Positions 26,310 to 39,716 of a stretch of 64,000 nucleotides of DNA are shown here, piece after piece; position 1 is the stretch's first letter; the number at the start of each line of letters is the position of its first letter. The notes under the pieces were generated by a model. It ran no database searches. It was not told the origin of the DNA and saw nothing but the letters and a program-made list of their open reading frames with translations. A program made the translations under genes and the position numbers. This stretch comes from Escherichia coli (GTDB lineage Bacteria; Pseudomonadota; Gammaproteobacteria; Enterobacterales; Enterobacteriaceae), in assembly GCF_030013205.1 (NCBI RefSeq), contig NZ_CP122648.1; one strand, given 5' to 3'.

Positions 26310-27239
26310 TTACTTCTCTTTCCCGCGCCCGTGCATCTCCTGAAACAATTTACCGACCTCAACAAAATAATCCGTCAGCGAGTTGATCACGACCTGTACC
26401 TTCAGCGGCAGCTTATCTTTTTCGGTATATAACGCATAAACCGGGCGTGGATCTGACTGATAACGCGGCAGCAGGATCTCCAGCTCCCCACGATTGATCT
26501 CGTTGATCACCCACATCAGCGGCACGTAGGCGATCCCGGCACCCGCCGTCAGCCAGCGCACCAGCGTCATCGGATCATTAGTCACAAATCTTCCTTGTGG
26601 GATCAGGCGAGTCGAGATCCCTTCCGGTGCGATCAGTTCAAATTCATTGTCGGGCCGCACGCTGTATTCAAGCCATGAATGACTACTCAAATCGGCGGGT
26701 TTTTCCGGTATGCCGTATTGTGTGAGATAGCTTTTCGCGGCGCACACCACCATCGGCATCGCGCCCAGACGGCGGGAAAACAGGCTGGAATCCTGCAACG
26801 CGCCGACGCGGATCACCACATCCAGACCGTCGGCAATCAGGTCGGGGGCAGGAATTCCGGTAACCAGATTGACGCTCAAACCTGGGTATTCTTTCAGCAT
26901 TTTTGCTGTCAGCCCGGCGAGAACATTTTGTGCCATAGTTGAAGAACAGCCAATGCGCAGCGTCCCGATGGGGGTGTTATTGAAGGCATACAGTTGCTCA
27001 TGAACATCCTGCACTTCATGGAGCATCCGACGGCAGCCCTGGTAGTAAATTCTACCGGCTTCGGTCAGGCCAATGCTGCGTGTGCTACGGTTTAACAGCT
27101 TTACCTGCAACTCATCTTCCAGTTTTGACACCGTCTGACTGATGGACGAAACGCTCATCTGTAGCTGTCTGGCGGCGGCGGTAAAAGAGCCAAATTCAAC
27201 TACTTTGGCAAACACCGACATGCGTTTTAGTCGTTCCAT
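26310..27239 (-). CDS. aaeR: LysR-family activator of the aaeXAB efflux operon
   Basis: 309-aa ORF with LysR-type N-terminal HTH; divergent from aaeX. Confidence 0.9.
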   Translation of the reverse strand: MERLKRMSVFAKVVEFGSFTAAARQLQMSVSSISQTVSKLEDELQVKLLNRSTRSIGLTEAGRIYYQGCRRMLHEVQDVHEQLYAFNNTPIGTLRIGCSSTMAQNVLAGLTAKMLKEYPGLSVNLVTGIPAPDLIADGLDVVIRVGALQDSSLFSRRLGAMPMVVCAAKSYLTQYGIPEKPADLSSHSWLEYSVRPDNEFELIAPEGISTRLIPQGRFVTNDPMTLVRWLTAGAGIAYVPLMWVINEINRGELEILLPRYQSDPRPVYALYTEKDKLPLKVQVVINSLTDYFVEVGKLFQEMHGRGKEK

Positions 27240-27421
27240 TATTCACTCTGACTTAAAAGTGATTTAGATCACATAATATAGATAACAGCATAACAGTTAC
27301 GTTAATATATTAAATATCAATCTACAGCAATGTTGCTCTCGCCCGGCTTTCCATGCCCTTCTCTGCGGCGACAGATGCTGAAAATAATAACGCCTGCTCT
27401 CTCTATACAACCAAGGTCAAC

Positions 27422-27625
27422 ATGAGTCTGTTTCCCGTTATCGTGGTGTTTGGGCTGTCCTTCCCACCGATATTTTTCGAATTGCTTTTATCACTGGCGA
27501 TTTTCTGGCTGGTGCGCCGGGTACTTGTGCCAACAGGTATCTACGACTTTGTCTGGCATCCGGCGTTGTTCAACACCGCGCTCTATTGCTGCTTGTTTTA
27601 TTTGATATCGCGACTGTTCGTTTGA
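27422..27625 (+). CDS. aaeX: small membrane protein AaeX
   Basis: ORF 27353..27625 trimmed to [30 protein letters not shown]... (67 aa). Confidence 0.85.
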
Positions 27626-27632
27626 GGTTGAA

Positions 27633-28565
27633 GTGAAAACACTAATAAGAAAATTCTCCCGTACGGCCATCACGGTCGTATTAGTCATTCTGGCCTTCAT
27701 CGCAATTTTTAATGCCTGGGTCTATTACACCGAATCCCCGTGGACGCGTGACGCGCGCTTTAGCGCTGACGTCGTTGCGATCGCGCCGGACGTTTCTGGA
27801 CTTATCACCCAGGTGAATGTTCATGATAACCAGCTGGTGAAAAAAGGACAGGTACTGTTCACCATCGACCAGCCGCGCTATCAAAAGGCGCTTGAGGAAG
27901 CGCAAGCCGATGTTGCTTATTATCAGGTACTGGCACAGGAGAAACGCCAGGAGGCAGGACGTCGTAACCGTCTCGGTGTGCAGGCGATGTCCCGCGAAGA
28001 GATCGACCAGGCCAACAACGTACTACAAACAGTTCTGCATCAGTTAGCGAAAGCGCAGGCGACCCGCGATCTGGCAAAACTGGATCTTGAACGCACGGTG
28101 ATCCGCGCGCCAGCAGATGGCTGGGTGACCAACCTCAACGTCTATACCGGTGAGTTTATTACCCGTGGATCAACGGCGGTTGCGCTGGTGAAACAGAACT
28201 CCTTCTATGTACTGGCCTATATGGAAGAAACTAAGCTGGAAGGGGTGCGCCCTGGGTATCGTGCAGAGATCACGCCGCTTGGCAGTAACAAAGTGCTAAA
28301 AGGGACTGTTGATAGTGTTGCCGCAGGGGTCACCAACGCCAGCAGCACGCGTGACGACAAAGGGATGGCGACCATCGACTCTAACCTTGAATGGGTGCGT
28401 TTGGCGCAACGTGTTCCGGTTCGTATTCGTCTCGACAACCAGCAAGAGAACATCTGGCCTGCGGGCACCACTGCTACAGTGGTGGTCACTGGCAAACAAG
28501 ATCGCGACGAAAGCCAGGATTCGTTCTTCCGTAAAATGGCCCATCGCCTGCGTGAGTTTGGTTAA
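27633..28565 (+). CDS. aaeA: p-hydroxybenzoic acid efflux pump, membrane-fusion subunit AaeA
   Basis: 310-aa ORF with an N-terminal membrane anchor and HlyD-like coiled-coil region. Confidence 0.9.
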
Positions 28566-28570
28566 TCACG

Positions 28571-30538
28571 ATGGGTATTTTCTCCATTGCTAACCAACAT
28601 ATTCGCTTTGCGGTAAAACTGGCGACCGCCATTGTACTGGCGCTGTTTGTTGGCTTTCACTTCCAGCTAGAAACGCCACGCTGGGCAGTACTGACAGCGG
28701 CGATTGTTGCCGCCGGTCCGGCCTTTGCTGCGGGAGGTGAACCGTATTCTGGCGCTATTCGCTATCGTGGCTTTTTGCGCATCATCGGCACATTTATTGG
28801 CTGTATTGCCGGACTGGTGATCATTATTGCGATGATCCGTGCACCATTATTGATGATTCTGGTGTGCTGTATCTGGGCCGGTTTTTGTACCTGGATATCC
28901 TCGCTGGTACGAATAGAAAACTCGTATGCGTGGGGGCTGGCCGGTTATACCGCGCTGATCATTGTGATCACCATTCAGCCGGAACCATTGCTTACGCCGC
29001 AGTTTGCCGTCGAACGTTGTAGCGAGATCGTTATCGGTATTGTGTGTGCCATTATGGCGGATTTGCTCTTTTCTCCGCGATCGATCAAACAAGAAGTGGA
29101 TCGAGAGCTGGAAAGTTTGCTGGTCGCGCAATATCAATTAATGCAACTCTGTATCAAGCATGGCGATGGTGAAGTTGTCGATAAAGCCTGGGGCGATCTG
29201 GTGCGACGCACCACGGCGTTACAAGGTATGCGCAGCAACCTGAATATGGAATCTTCCCGCTGGGCGCGGGCCAATCGACGTTTAAAAGCGATCAATACGC
29301 TATCGCTGACTCTGATTACCCAATCCTGCGAAACTTATCTTATTCAGAATACGCGCCCGGAATTGATCACTGATACTTTCCGCGAATTTTTTGACACGCC
29401 GGTAGAAACCGCGCAGGACGTCCACAAGCAGCTCAAACGCCTGCGGAGAGTTATCGCCTGGACCGGGGAACGGGAAACCCCTGTCACCATTTATAGCTGG
29501 GTCGCGGCGGCAACGCGTTATCAGCTTCTCAAGCGCGGCGTTATCAGTAACACAAAAATCAACGCCACCGAAGAAGAGATCCTGCAAGGCGAACCGGAAG
29601 TCAAAGTAGAGTCAGCCGAACGTCATCATGCGATGGTTAACTTCTGGCGAACCACACTTTCCTGCATTCTGGGGACGCTTTTCTGGCTGTGGACGGGCTG
29701 GACTTCCGGTAGTGGTGCAATGGTGATGATTGCGGTAGTGACGTCACTGGCAATGCGTTTGCCGAATCCACGCATGGTGGCGATCGACTTTATCTACGGG
29801 ACGCTGGCAGCGCTGCCGTTAGGGCTGCTCTACTTTTTGGTGATTATCCCTAATACTCAACAGAGCATGTTGCTGCTGTGTATTAGCCTGGCAGTGCTGG
29901 GATTCTTCCTCGGTATAGAAGTACAGAAACGGCGACTGGGCTCGATGGGGGCGCTGGCCAGCACCATAAATATTATCGTGCTGGATAACCCGATGACTTT
30001 CCATTTCAGTCAGTTTCTCGACAGCGCATTAGGGCAAATCGTCGGCTGTGTGCTCGCGTTCACCGTTATTTTGCTGGTGCGGGATAAATCGCGCGACAGG
30101 ACTGGACGTGTACTGCTTAATCAGTTTGTTTCTGCCGCTGTTTCCGCGATGACTACCAATGTGGCACGTCGTAAAGAGAATCACCTCCCGGCACTTTATC
30201 AGCAGCTGTTTTTGCTGATGAATAAGTTCCCAGGGGATTTGCCGAAATTTCGCCTGGCGCTGACGATGATTATCGCGCACCAGCGCCTGCGTGATGCGCC
30301 GATCCCGATTAACGAGGATTTATCGGCGTTTCACCGACAAATGCGCCGCACAGCAGACCATGTGATATCTGCCCGTAGCGATGATAAACGTCGTCGGTAT
30401 TTTGGACAGTTGCTGGAAGAACTGGAAATCTACCAGGAAAAGCTACGCATCTGGCAAGCGCCACCGCAGGTGACGGAACCGGTTCATCGGCTGGCGGGTA
30501 TGCTGCATAAGTATCAACATGCGTTGACCGATAGTTAA
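28571..30538 (+). CDS. aaeB: p-hydroxybenzoic acid efflux pump subunit AaeB
   Basis: 655-aa polytopic membrane protein immediately downstream of aaeA. Confidence 0.9.
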   Translation: MGIFSIANQHIRFAVKLATAIVLALFVGFHFQLETPRWAVLTAAIVAAGPAFAAGGEPYSGAIRYRGFLRIIGTFIGCIAGLVIIIAMIRAPLLMILVCCIWAGFCTWISSLVRIENSYAWGLAGYTALIIVITIQPEPLLTPQFAVERCSEIVIGIVCAIMADLLFSPRSIKQEVDRELESLLVAQYQLMQLCIKHGDGEVVDKAWGDLVRRTTALQGMRSNLNMESSRWARANRRLKAINTLSLTLITQSCETYLIQNTRPELITDTFREFFDTPVETAQDVHKQLKRLRRVIAWTGERETPVTIYSWVAAATRYQLLKRGVISNTKINATEEEILQGEPEVKVESAERHHAMVNFWRTTLSCILGTLFWLWTGWTSGSGAMVMIAVVTSLAMRLPNPRMVAIDFIYGTLAALPLGLLYFLVIIPNTQQSMLLLCISLAVLGFFLGIEVQKRRLGSMGALASTINIIVLDNPMTFHFSQFLDSALGQIVGCVLAFTVILLVRDKSRDRTGRVLLNQFVSAAVSAMTTNVARRKENHLPALYQQLFLLMNKFPGDLPKFRLALTMIIAHQRLRDAPIPINEDLSAFHRQMRRTADHVISARSDDKRRRYFGQLLEELEIYQEKLRIWQAPPQVTEPVHRLAGMLHKYQHALTDS

Positions 30539-30543
30539 GTCAA

Positions 30544-30571
30544 AGCCGACGCCCGAAGCGTCGGTTTTTTC
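30544..30571 (+). terminator. rho-independent terminator after aaeB
   Basis: Stem CCGACGC / GCGTCGG around loop CCGAA, followed by TTTTTT. Confidence 0.75.
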
Positions 30572-30629
30572 ATGGCTATACTTAGCGATGAACGGCAGAA
30601 CTCGCCGCGAAACGTGACGGTGGCAACAG

Positions 30630-30902
30630 ATGAATATTTATACCTTTGATTTTGATGAGATTGAGAGTCAGGAGGATTTTTATCGTGACTTTAGCCAAAC
30701 CTTTGGTCTGGCAAAAGATAAAGTACGCGATCTCGACTCTCTATGGGATGTGTTAATGAACGATGTCCTGCCGCTACCACTTGAGATTGAATTTGTTCAT
30801 CTGGGAGAGAAAACGCGTCGCCGTTTTGGCGCGTTAATATTGCTGTTTGATGAGGCAGAGGAAGAGCTGGAAGGGCATTTGCGTTTTAATGTTCGTCATT
30901 AG
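30630..30902 (+). CDS. yhcO: barstar-like protein YhcO
   Basis: 90-aa acidic [24 protein letters not shown]...; recognised from memory. Confidence 0.8.
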   Translation: MNIYTFDFDEIESQEDFYRDFSQTFGLAKDKVRDLDSLWDVLMNDVLPLPLEIEFVHLGEKTRRRFGALILLFDEAEEELEGHLRFNVRH

Positions 30903-30904
30903 CG

Positions 30905-30929
30905 CAAAAAAAGCCCCCGAACCGGGGGC
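30905..30929 (-). terminator. hairpin terminator between convergent yhcO and yhcN
   Basis: GCCCCCGAACCGGGGGC flanked by an A-run on the plus strand, i.e. a T-run for the minus-strand yhcN transcript. Confidence 0.7.
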
Positions 30930-30956
30930 AATATCGTCGGACAAGACGATGAGGGT

Positions 30957-31220
30957 TTATTTGTACAGTTCAGCCGTAGCGTGCCAGGTGTCACCGCTAC
31001 GAGCTTCCGTAATCTGGTAGGCCGTTGCGCCTTTCTCTTCTGCTTTTTTGTTCAGCATTTCACGCATATCCATTGGCGAAGACGCCACACCACTTACGGA
31101 TACGGTCCCGATTGCTTCACGATTTTGTGCTTGTGCAGCATCAATGGAGTCGGCAGCGAATGCACCGAAAGAGAGAACAGAAAGTACACTTAATGCAGCA
31201 ACAGTGGTTTTGATTTTCAT
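30957..31220 (-). CDS. yhcN: DUF1471 periplasmic stress-induced protein YhcN
   Basis: ORF 30957..31271 trimmed to MKIKTTVAALSVLSVLSFGAFA... (87 aa) with a signal peptide. Confidence 0.85.
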   Translation of the reverse strand: MKIKTTVAALSVLSVLSFGAFAADSIDAAQAQNREAIGTVSVSGVASSPMDMREMLNKKAEEKGATAYQITEARSGDTWHATAELYK

Positions 31221-31584
31221 GATTTTTACCTCGACATAATCTTTTAGCTGGGCCTTTGTTTCGTGACCCATATCACAAAATCAAGTATACACTAATTATT
31301 GAACTAATTAATACCACGCTAACTGTTTCAGTTGATACTAAGTGTTAAAAATGTGAATTTTAATAACAAAAAAGAATTAAAAACACGGTTATTTATTTTT
31401 AATTCTAGTATTTTCAATTAGATAATGAATTTTGCATAATGTGCTTTTTTTATCGTATGTATTCATTGTGTGAATGACATGTCGCAGTAAAACGCACTAT
31501 TCGTTAAATTAATCGCAGGGGAAAGCAGGGGGGTGAGAGGGATAAGCAACATTTTCCCCGCCGCCAGAAGCGACGGGGCAGAGA

Positions 31585-32058
<474 letters not shown>

Positions 32059-32084
32059 TCACCCGATATGGTGGTTGATACAAC

Positions 32085-32120
32085 ATTATTGTGCATACAG
32101 ATGAATTTTTATGCAAACAG
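32085..32120. promoter_or_regulatory. ARG box(es) in the argR promoter (autoregulation)
   Basis: TGCATACAGATGAATTTTTATGCAAA matches the ARG-box pattern TnTGAAT(W4)ATTCAn with one mismatch, about 40 nt upstream of the argR start. Confidence 0.55.
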
Positions 32121-32414
32121 TCAGCCCTGAAGAAGGCTGAAATAATGTTATGAAAGAGCGGGATTTTATCAAATTTCGTTATTGAGAAACATGCCTGCGT
32201 CACGGCATGCAAATTCTGCTTAAAAGTAAATTAATTGTTATCAAATTGATGTTGTTTTGGCTGAACGGTAGGGTATATTGTCACCACCTGTTGGAATGTT
32301 GCGCTAATGCATAAGCGACTGTTAATTACGTAAGTTAGGTTCCTGATTACGGCAATTAAATGCATAAACGCTAAACTTGCGTGACTACACATTCTTGAGA
32401 TGTGGTCATTGTAA

Positions 32415-33428
<1,014 letters not shown>

Positions 33429-33445
33429 TTGATTAGCGGATAATA

Positions 33446-34155
33446 AAAAACCGGAGCACAGACTCCGGTTTTTTGTTGTGCACAGAAAACCCCCAGCTAG
33501 GCTGGGGGTTCCGGAAAGCTTTCAGCTTTGAGCCAGTTATTAAAACCCCTTTTGATTTGTTAAAACACCTTGCGGTCTGGCAACTGCAAGTGTCAAACAA
33601 GAAATCAAAAGGGGGTCCCAATGGGGAACGAAAAGAGCTTAGCGCACACCCGATGGAACTGTAAATATCACATAGTTTTTGCGCCAAAATACCGAAGACA
33701 GGTGTTCTACAGAGAGAAGCGTAGAGCAATAGGCAGTATTTTGAGAAAGCTGTGTGAGTGGAAAAGCGTACGGATTCTGGAAGCTGAATGCTGTGCAGAT
33801 CATATCCATATGCTTGTGGAGATCCCGCCCAAAATGAGCGTATCCGGGTTTATGGGATATCTGAAAGGGAAAAGCAGTCTGATGCTTTACGAGCAGTTTG
33901 GTGATTTGAAATTCAAATACAGGAACAGGGAGTTCTGGTGCAGAGGGTACTACGTCGATACAGTGGGTAAGAACACGGCGAAGATACAGGATTACATAAA
34001 GCACCAGCTTGAAGAGGATAAAATGGGAGAGCAGTTATCGATTCCCTATCCGGGCAGCCCGTTTACGGGCCGTAAGTAACGAAGTTGGATGCAAATGTCA
34101 GATCGTGTGCGCCTGTTAGGGCGCGGCTGGTAAGAGAGCCTTATAGGCGCATTTG
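33446..34155 (+). mobile_element. IS200-family insertion sequence (IS200/IS605 family, about 0.71 kb)
   Basis: Encodes a 152-aa Y1 (HuH) transposase closely matching Salmonella IS200 TnpA as I recall it. Left-end hairpin with T-run (33451-33474) and internal hairpin CCCCCAGC-tag-GCTGGGGG (33490-33508). The convergent mdh-degS gap is recalled as about 60 bp in K-12 and is 774 bp here. Boundaries are inferred, give or take about 15 bp. Confidence 0.75.
33621..34079 (+). CDS. tnpA: IS200 transposase TnpA (Y1 HuH transposase)
   Basis: ORF 33570..34079 trimmed to MGNEKSLAHTRWNCKYHIVFAPKYRRQVFY...; HuH motif (HIHMLVEIPP) and catalytic-Tyr region present. Confidence 0.85.
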   Translation: MGNEKSLAHTRWNCKYHIVFAPKYRRQVFYREKRRAIGSILRKLCEWKSVRILEAECCADHIHMLVEIPPKMSVSGFMGYLKGKSSLMLYEQFGDLKFKYRNREFWCRGYYVDTVGKNTAKIQDYIKHQLEEDKMGEQLSIPYPGSPFTGRK

Positions 34156-34186
34156 AAAAACCTCCGGCTATGCCGGAGGATATTTA
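34156..34186 (-). terminator. rho-independent terminator of degS (probably the native bidirectional mdh/degS terminator)
   Basis: CCTCCGGC-tat-GCCGGAGG with a T-run on the minus strand just downstream of the degS stop. Confidence 0.75.
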
Positions 34187-34202
34187 TTTTTGAGCGCACG
34201 AC

Positions 34203-35270
34203 TTAATTGGTTGCCGGATATTCCTGAATGGTGACCTGCAGCGTTAACTGCTTATCATCACGCATCACTACAACCGGGATCACCGAGCCAGGGCGAATTT
34301 CCGCCACCTGATCCATCGTCTCCAGAGCAGAGATGGCCGGTTTGTTATCCACCGAAATAATCAAATCGTTGACCTGAATACCCGCATTCGCCGCCGGGCC
34401 GTCAGGTGACACTTCATTAACCACGATCCCTTGCAGTTGATCTATACCACCGCCCTGCGCGTGCAGTGGTGCGATCTCACGTCCGCCGATACCAATGTAG
34501 CCGCGGATCACGCGACCATCGCGGATCAGCTTATCCATAATTTTGGTTGCTAACTGGAAAGGAATCGCAAAGCCGATGCCTTCCGGCGTTTCGCCATCGT
34601 TACTCTTATCAAACGACAGCGTGTTAATGCCCATCAGTTCGCCCAGCGAGTTCACCAGCGCGCCGCCAGAGTTACCGTGGTTAATGGAAGCATCTGTTTG
34701 CAGGAAGTTTTGCCGCCCGGTCGGGTTCAGACCAATTCGACCCGTGGCACTAATAATCCCCTGGGTAATGGTCTGCCCGAGGTTGTATGGGTTACCGATC
34801 GCCAGTACCACGTCACCAATGTGCGGTACGCGACGTGCATTGATTGGAATGGTAGGTAAACCGCCAGTGGCATTAATTTTAAGTACCGCCAGATCGGTTA
34901 GAGAGTCAGATCCCACCAGCAATGCTTCAAATACACGTCCATCCTGTAAGGCGACGATGATCTGATCGGCGTCGTTGATGACGTGTTTATTGGTGATGAT
35001 ATAACCGCGTTGATCCATGATTACACCGGATCCCAGGGTGCGGATCTCAAGCTGGTTGTGAGAGTTGGTGTTCAAACCACGGTTGTAAACGTTAACCACC
35101 GCTGGCGCGGCGCGGCGAACCGCCAGATTATAGCTGGCAGGCGTCTCATCGGTACTGTCAAATTGCGGAGTGGAAAGCGGGTTAAGGCTGCGCAGCGAAG
35201 GCATGGCAACCAGCAGAATAGCGCCGACAATTAATCCAATCGCAACGGAACGTAAGAGCTTCACAAACAT
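34203..35270 (-). CDS. degS: periplasmic serine endoprotease DegS
   Basis: 355-aa ORF with an N-terminal anchor, trypsin-like domain (GNSGGAL) and one PDZ domain. Confidence 0.95.
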   Translation of the reverse strand: MFVKLLRSVAIGLIVGAILLVAMPSLRSLNPLSTPQFDSTDETPASYNLAVRRAAPAVVNVYNRGLNTNSHNQLEIRTLGSGVIMDQRGYIITNKHVINDADQIIVALQDGRVFEALLVGSDSLTDLAVLKINATGGLPTIPINARRVPHIGDVVLAIGNPYNLGQTITQGIISATGRIGLNPTGRQNFLQTDASINHGNSGGALVNSLGELMGINTLSFDKSNDGETPEGIGFAIPFQLATKIMDKLIRDGRVIRGYIGIGGREIAPLHAQGGGIDQLQGIVVNEVSPDGPAANAGIQVNDLIISVDNKPAISALETMDQVAEIRPGSVIPVVVMRDDKQLTLQVTIQEYPATN

Positions 35271-35359
35271 GATGGAGGCGTCATTAAAAAAGGGAACGGC
35301 AGCAGCATACCACGAGTTAACCGGACATCACACGTCAGCCTGATGCCCGGTTTACGACA

Positions 35360-36727
35360 TTAACGCATCAGCAGATAGATGCTTTCATTGCCGCGTACAA
35401 TTTGCAGGGCGATGATGGCCGGTTTTGCCGCCAGCACTTTACGCATTTCAGCAATCGAGTTCACCCGATCGCGGTTGACGCCAATGATCACATCGTCTTT
35501 TTGCAAGCCAGCCTGAGCAGCTGGGCTTCCTTTGACAACCTCATCGATCTTAATACCTTTGCCGCCATCTTTTAGCTGACCATCGCTCAACGTTGCACCT
35601 TCAAGCGCTGGCGTGATCATTTCAGCGCTGGCCGACGAAGAGGTGCTGGTATCGAGCGTCACTTCTACTTCCAGTGGTTTGCCGTTACGCAGCAGGCCAA
35701 GCTTCACTTTCGTGCCCGGCTCGGTGGTTGCGATACGAGAGCGCAACTCAGCAAAGCTATTCAGCGGTTTGCCGTTGAGGCTGGTAATAATATCGCCCGC
35801 TTTGACGCCCGCTTTTGCCGAGCCAGAACCTGGCAACACTTCGCTGACAAACGCGCCACGCTGCACGTCAAGGTTGAAGGCTTTGGCGATATCGGCACTC
35901 ATCTCGGTGCCTTTGATGCCTAACAAACCGCGTTTGATTTCACCAAAGTCGATAAGCTGCTGCGCCAGTGTTCGCGCCATATTACTGGGGATGGCAAATC
36001 CAATCCCGACGCTCCCGCCGCCAGGCGCAAGGATTGCAGTGTTGATGCCAATTAACTCACCGTTAAGGTTTAACAGTGCACCGCCGGAGTTACCGCGGTT
36101 AATGGAAGCATCTGTCTGGATAAAGTTTTCCAGACCTTCAAGATTCAACCCACTGCGGCCTAATGCGGAAACAATGCCAGAGGTGGCGGTTTGCCCAAGG
36201 CCAAATGGGTTACCGACCGCCACGGCAAAATCACCGACGCGCAATTTATCGGAGTCGGCAATAGCGATTTGCGTTAATTTGCTCGGGTTTTGAATTTGCA
36301 ACAGGGCGATATCGCTCTGGTCATCGCTACCAATCAGTTTTGCATCAAACTCGCGCCCATCATTGAGCTGAATACTGATTTTCTGTGCCTGATTAATCAC
36401 ATGGTTGTTAGTCAGCACATAGCCTTTACTGGCGTTGATGATGACACCGGAGCCTAAACCTTCGAAGGGTTGTGCCGGTTGATCCGGTAAATCATCACCA
36501 AAAAACTTTTTGAATTCTTCCGGGATTTTCTGTCCCTGACTGGCCGTTCCTTCCACCCGTACGCTCACCACTGCCGGAAGCACTTTTTCCAGCATTGGGG
36601 CCAGACTGGGGAGGGGGGCCTGATCGGCAACCTGGCCTGGAATCGACGCGACGGCCTGAAATGACGCCGAGAGAGTTAACCCGACACTTAACGCTAATGC
36701 ACTCAACAGCTGGGTTTGTTTTTTCAT
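35360..36727 (-). CDS. degQ: periplasmic serine endoprotease DegQ
   Basis: ORF 35360..36769 trimmed to MKKQTQLLSALALSVGLTLSASFQAVA... (455 aa); GNSGGAL catalytic motif and two PDZ domains. Confidence 0.95.
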   Translation of the reverse strand: MKKQTQLLSALALSVGLTLSASFQAVASIPGQVADQAPLPSLAPMLEKVLPAVVSVRVEGTASQGQKIPEEFKKFFGDDLPDQPAQPFEGLGSGVIINASKGYVLTNNHVINQAQKISIQLNDGREFDAKLIGSDDQSDIALLQIQNPSKLTQIAIADSDKLRVGDFAVAVGNPFGLGQTATSGIVSALGRSGLNLEGLENFIQTDASINRGNSGGALLNLNGELIGINTAILAPGGGSVGIGFAIPSNMARTLAQQLIDFGEIKRGLLGIKGTEMSADIAKAFNLDVQRGAFVSEVLPGSGSAKAGVKAGDIITSLNGKPLNSFAELRSRIATTEPGTKVKLGLLRNGKPLEVEVTLDTSTSSSASAEMITPALEGATLSDGQLKDGGKGIKIDEVVKGSPAAQAGLQKDDVIIGVNRDRVNSIAEMRKVLAAKPAIIALQIVRGNESIYLLMR

Positions 36728-36880
36728 TATTCCTGCTCTCGTACCTGAATGATAAGAAAAGAGATTCAAAACAGTTTGATGTTATTGAATTTTCAGACGG
36801 CTAACAATGAGACACCAGATTAAATGATAGTCGGGGAGGGAGAGAAGAGGAGGGCGCAATGGCTGCGCCCGAAAAATAAA

Positions 36881-37279
36881 TTAGTCGCGCTTCGCGCCAG
36901 TACGCAGCAGGCCGGACGCGCCTTCAGAATAGTCGCGAGGCATCTGCACCGGTGCCTGATCGTTGCTGGCTTCAGACTCTGCCAGACGATTACGGAACGG
37001 GTTTGCTTCAGCAGACAGTTCCGGCAGCAGGCTGCTGGAGCTTTTCGCCATGTGCTGATACAGCTGGCGATAGTCGTGCGCCATGGTATCCAGTAATTCC
37101 GCGCTGCGGGCAAAGTGGCTAACCAGCTCTTCGCGATACTCGTCCAGTTCAGCTTTATTCTTTTCCAGTTCGTACTGCAACGCCTGTTGCTGGCGTAGTT
37201 TACGATTACCAAAACGCATGGCCACAGCACCAATAATGATGCCGACGACTAACCCAATTAGCGCATATTCCCAGGTCAT
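36881..37279 (-). CDS. yhcB: divisome-associated membrane protein YhcB (ZapG)
   Basis: ORF trimmed to MTWEYALIGLVVGIIIGAVAMRFGNRKLRQ... (132 aa). Confidence 0.9.
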   Translation of the reverse strand: MTWEYALIGLVVGIIIGAVAMRFGNRKLRQQQALQYELEKNKAELDEYREELVSHFARSAELLDTMAHDYRQLYQHMAKSSSSLLPELSAEANPFRNRLAESEASNDQAPVQMPRDYSEGASGLLRTGAKRD

Positions 37280-37472
37280 GAACATCTCCCGTTGTCTTTT
37301 GTTTCCGTAGGGTGTTGGCTTCAGGCTCCATGCCTGCGGCTGATTATGCCACTATAACCGTTAATTCCACAGAAGTGGAATCCCGACTGCATATCGCGTA
37401 GTGTAGAACGGCCTTTTTTTCGTCAACCGTGAACAACGGCGCACCGATTATTCAAGGAATAACAATAAGATC

Positions 37473-38600
37473 ATGCAAAGCGTTACCCCAACATCGCAAT
37501 ACCTGAAGGCGCTCAATGAAGGCAGCCATCAACCCGACGACGTTCAAAAAGAGGCCGTCAGCCGCCTGGAAATTATTTATCAGGAACTCATCAATAGCAC
37601 GCCTCCAGCCCCCAGGACGAGTGGGCTAATGGCGCGGGTCGGTAAGCTGTGGGGTAAACGCGAAGACACAAAGCATACGCCAGTGCGTGGCTTATATATG
37701 TGGGGCGGTGTAGGACGCGGGAAAACCTGGCTGATGGACCTTTTCTATCAAAGCCTGCCGGGAGAGCGGAAACAGCGTCTGCACTTTCACCGTTTTATGC
37801 TGCGGGTGCACGAAGAGCTGACCGAATTACAAGGCCAAAGCGATCCGCTGGAAATTATTGCCGATCGCTTTAAAGCAGAAACTGACGTGCTCTGTTTTGA
37901 CGAATTTTTTGTTTCTGATATTACCGATGCCATGCTACTTGGCGGTCTGATGAAAGCCCTGTTCGCCCGCGGTATTACCCTGGTAGCGACGTCAAATATT
38001 CCGCCGGACGAACTTTATCGAAATGGCCTACAACGTGCGCGTTTTTTGCCTGCAATCGATGCCATTAAACAGCATTGTGATGTAATGAACGTGGACGCTG
38101 GTGTTGATTATCGACTGCGTACACTCACTCAGGCGCATCTGTGGCTTTCGCCCCTCAACGATGAAATCCGGGCGCAAATGGATAAACTATGGTTGGCGCT
38201 GGCGGGGGCGAAACGAGAAAATTCACCGACGTTAGAAATCAACCATCGGCCATTGGCGACAATGGGCGTCGAGAACCAGACGCTGGCGGTCTCTTTTACT
38301 ACGCTGTGCGTCGACGCCCGCAGTCAGCATGACTATATTGCGCTCTCACGCCTCTTTCATACGGTCATGTTGTTTGATGTACCAGTTATGACTCGGTTGA
38401 TGGAGAGTGAAGCGCGGCGCTTTATTGCGCTGGTGGATGAGTTTTACGAGCGCCATGTCAAATTAGTGGTGAGTGCAGAAGTGCCGCTATATGACATTTA
38501 TCAGGGCGAGCGGCTGGAATTTGAGTTCCTGCGTTGCCTGTCACGTCTGCAAGAGATGCAAAGCGAAGAGTATCTGAAGCGCGAGCATTTAGCGGGTTAA
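37473..38600 (+). CDS. zapE: cell-division ATPase ZapE (YhcM, AFG1-like)
   Basis: 375-aa ORF with Walker A GGVGRGKT. Confidence 0.9.
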   Translation: MQSVTPTSQYLKALNEGSHQPDDVQKEAVSRLEIIYQELINSTPPAPRTSGLMARVGKLWGKREDTKHTPVRGLYMWGGVGRGKTWLMDLFYQSLPGERKQRLHFHRFMLRVHEELTELQGQSDPLEIIADRFKAETDVLCFDEFFVSDITDAMLLGGLMKALFARGITLVATSNIPPDELYRNGLQRARFLPAIDAIKQHCDVMNVDAGVDYRLRTLTQAHLWLSPLNDEIRAQMDKLWLALAGAKRENSPTLEINHRPLATMGVENQTLAVSFTTLCVDARSQHDYIALSRLFHTVMLFDVPVMTRLMESEARRFIALVDEFYERHVKLVVSAEVPLYDIYQGERLEFEFLRCLSRLQEMQSEEYLKREHLAG

Positions 38601-38731
38601 AACCTGCCACAAATCACAAAAAGGGGTCGATCTTTGACCCCGACTTCTCTATAATCCTGCGACCCCACGTTACAAGAAAGTTTTTTTCCCAAAACTTTTT
38701 GTGTGCTGGCATAGGCTATTCGAAGGGGTAG

Positions 38732-39247
<516 letters not shown>

Positions 39248-39259
39248 TCGGGATTATAG

Positions 39260-39655
<396 letters not shown>

Positions 39656-39690
39656 TTGGCTTCTGCTCCGGCAGAAAACAATTTGCGAAA

Positions 39691-39716
39691 AAACCCGCTT
39701 CGGCGGGTTTTTTTAT
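39691..39716 (+). terminator. rho-independent terminator of the rplM-rpsI operon
   Basis: AAACCCGCTTCGGCGGGTTTTTTT: GC stem, GNRA-like loop, T-run. Confidence 0.85.

Noticed and set aside
33451-33474. Hairpin with T-run directly after mdh as the native mdh terminator
   Set aside because: The degS-proximal hairpin (34156-34186) reads as a bidirectional terminator on both strands and the insertion size fits IS200 only if the mdh-proximal hairpin belongs to the IS left end; so it is assigned to IS200. This is an inference and could be reversed by alignment to an IS-free reference.
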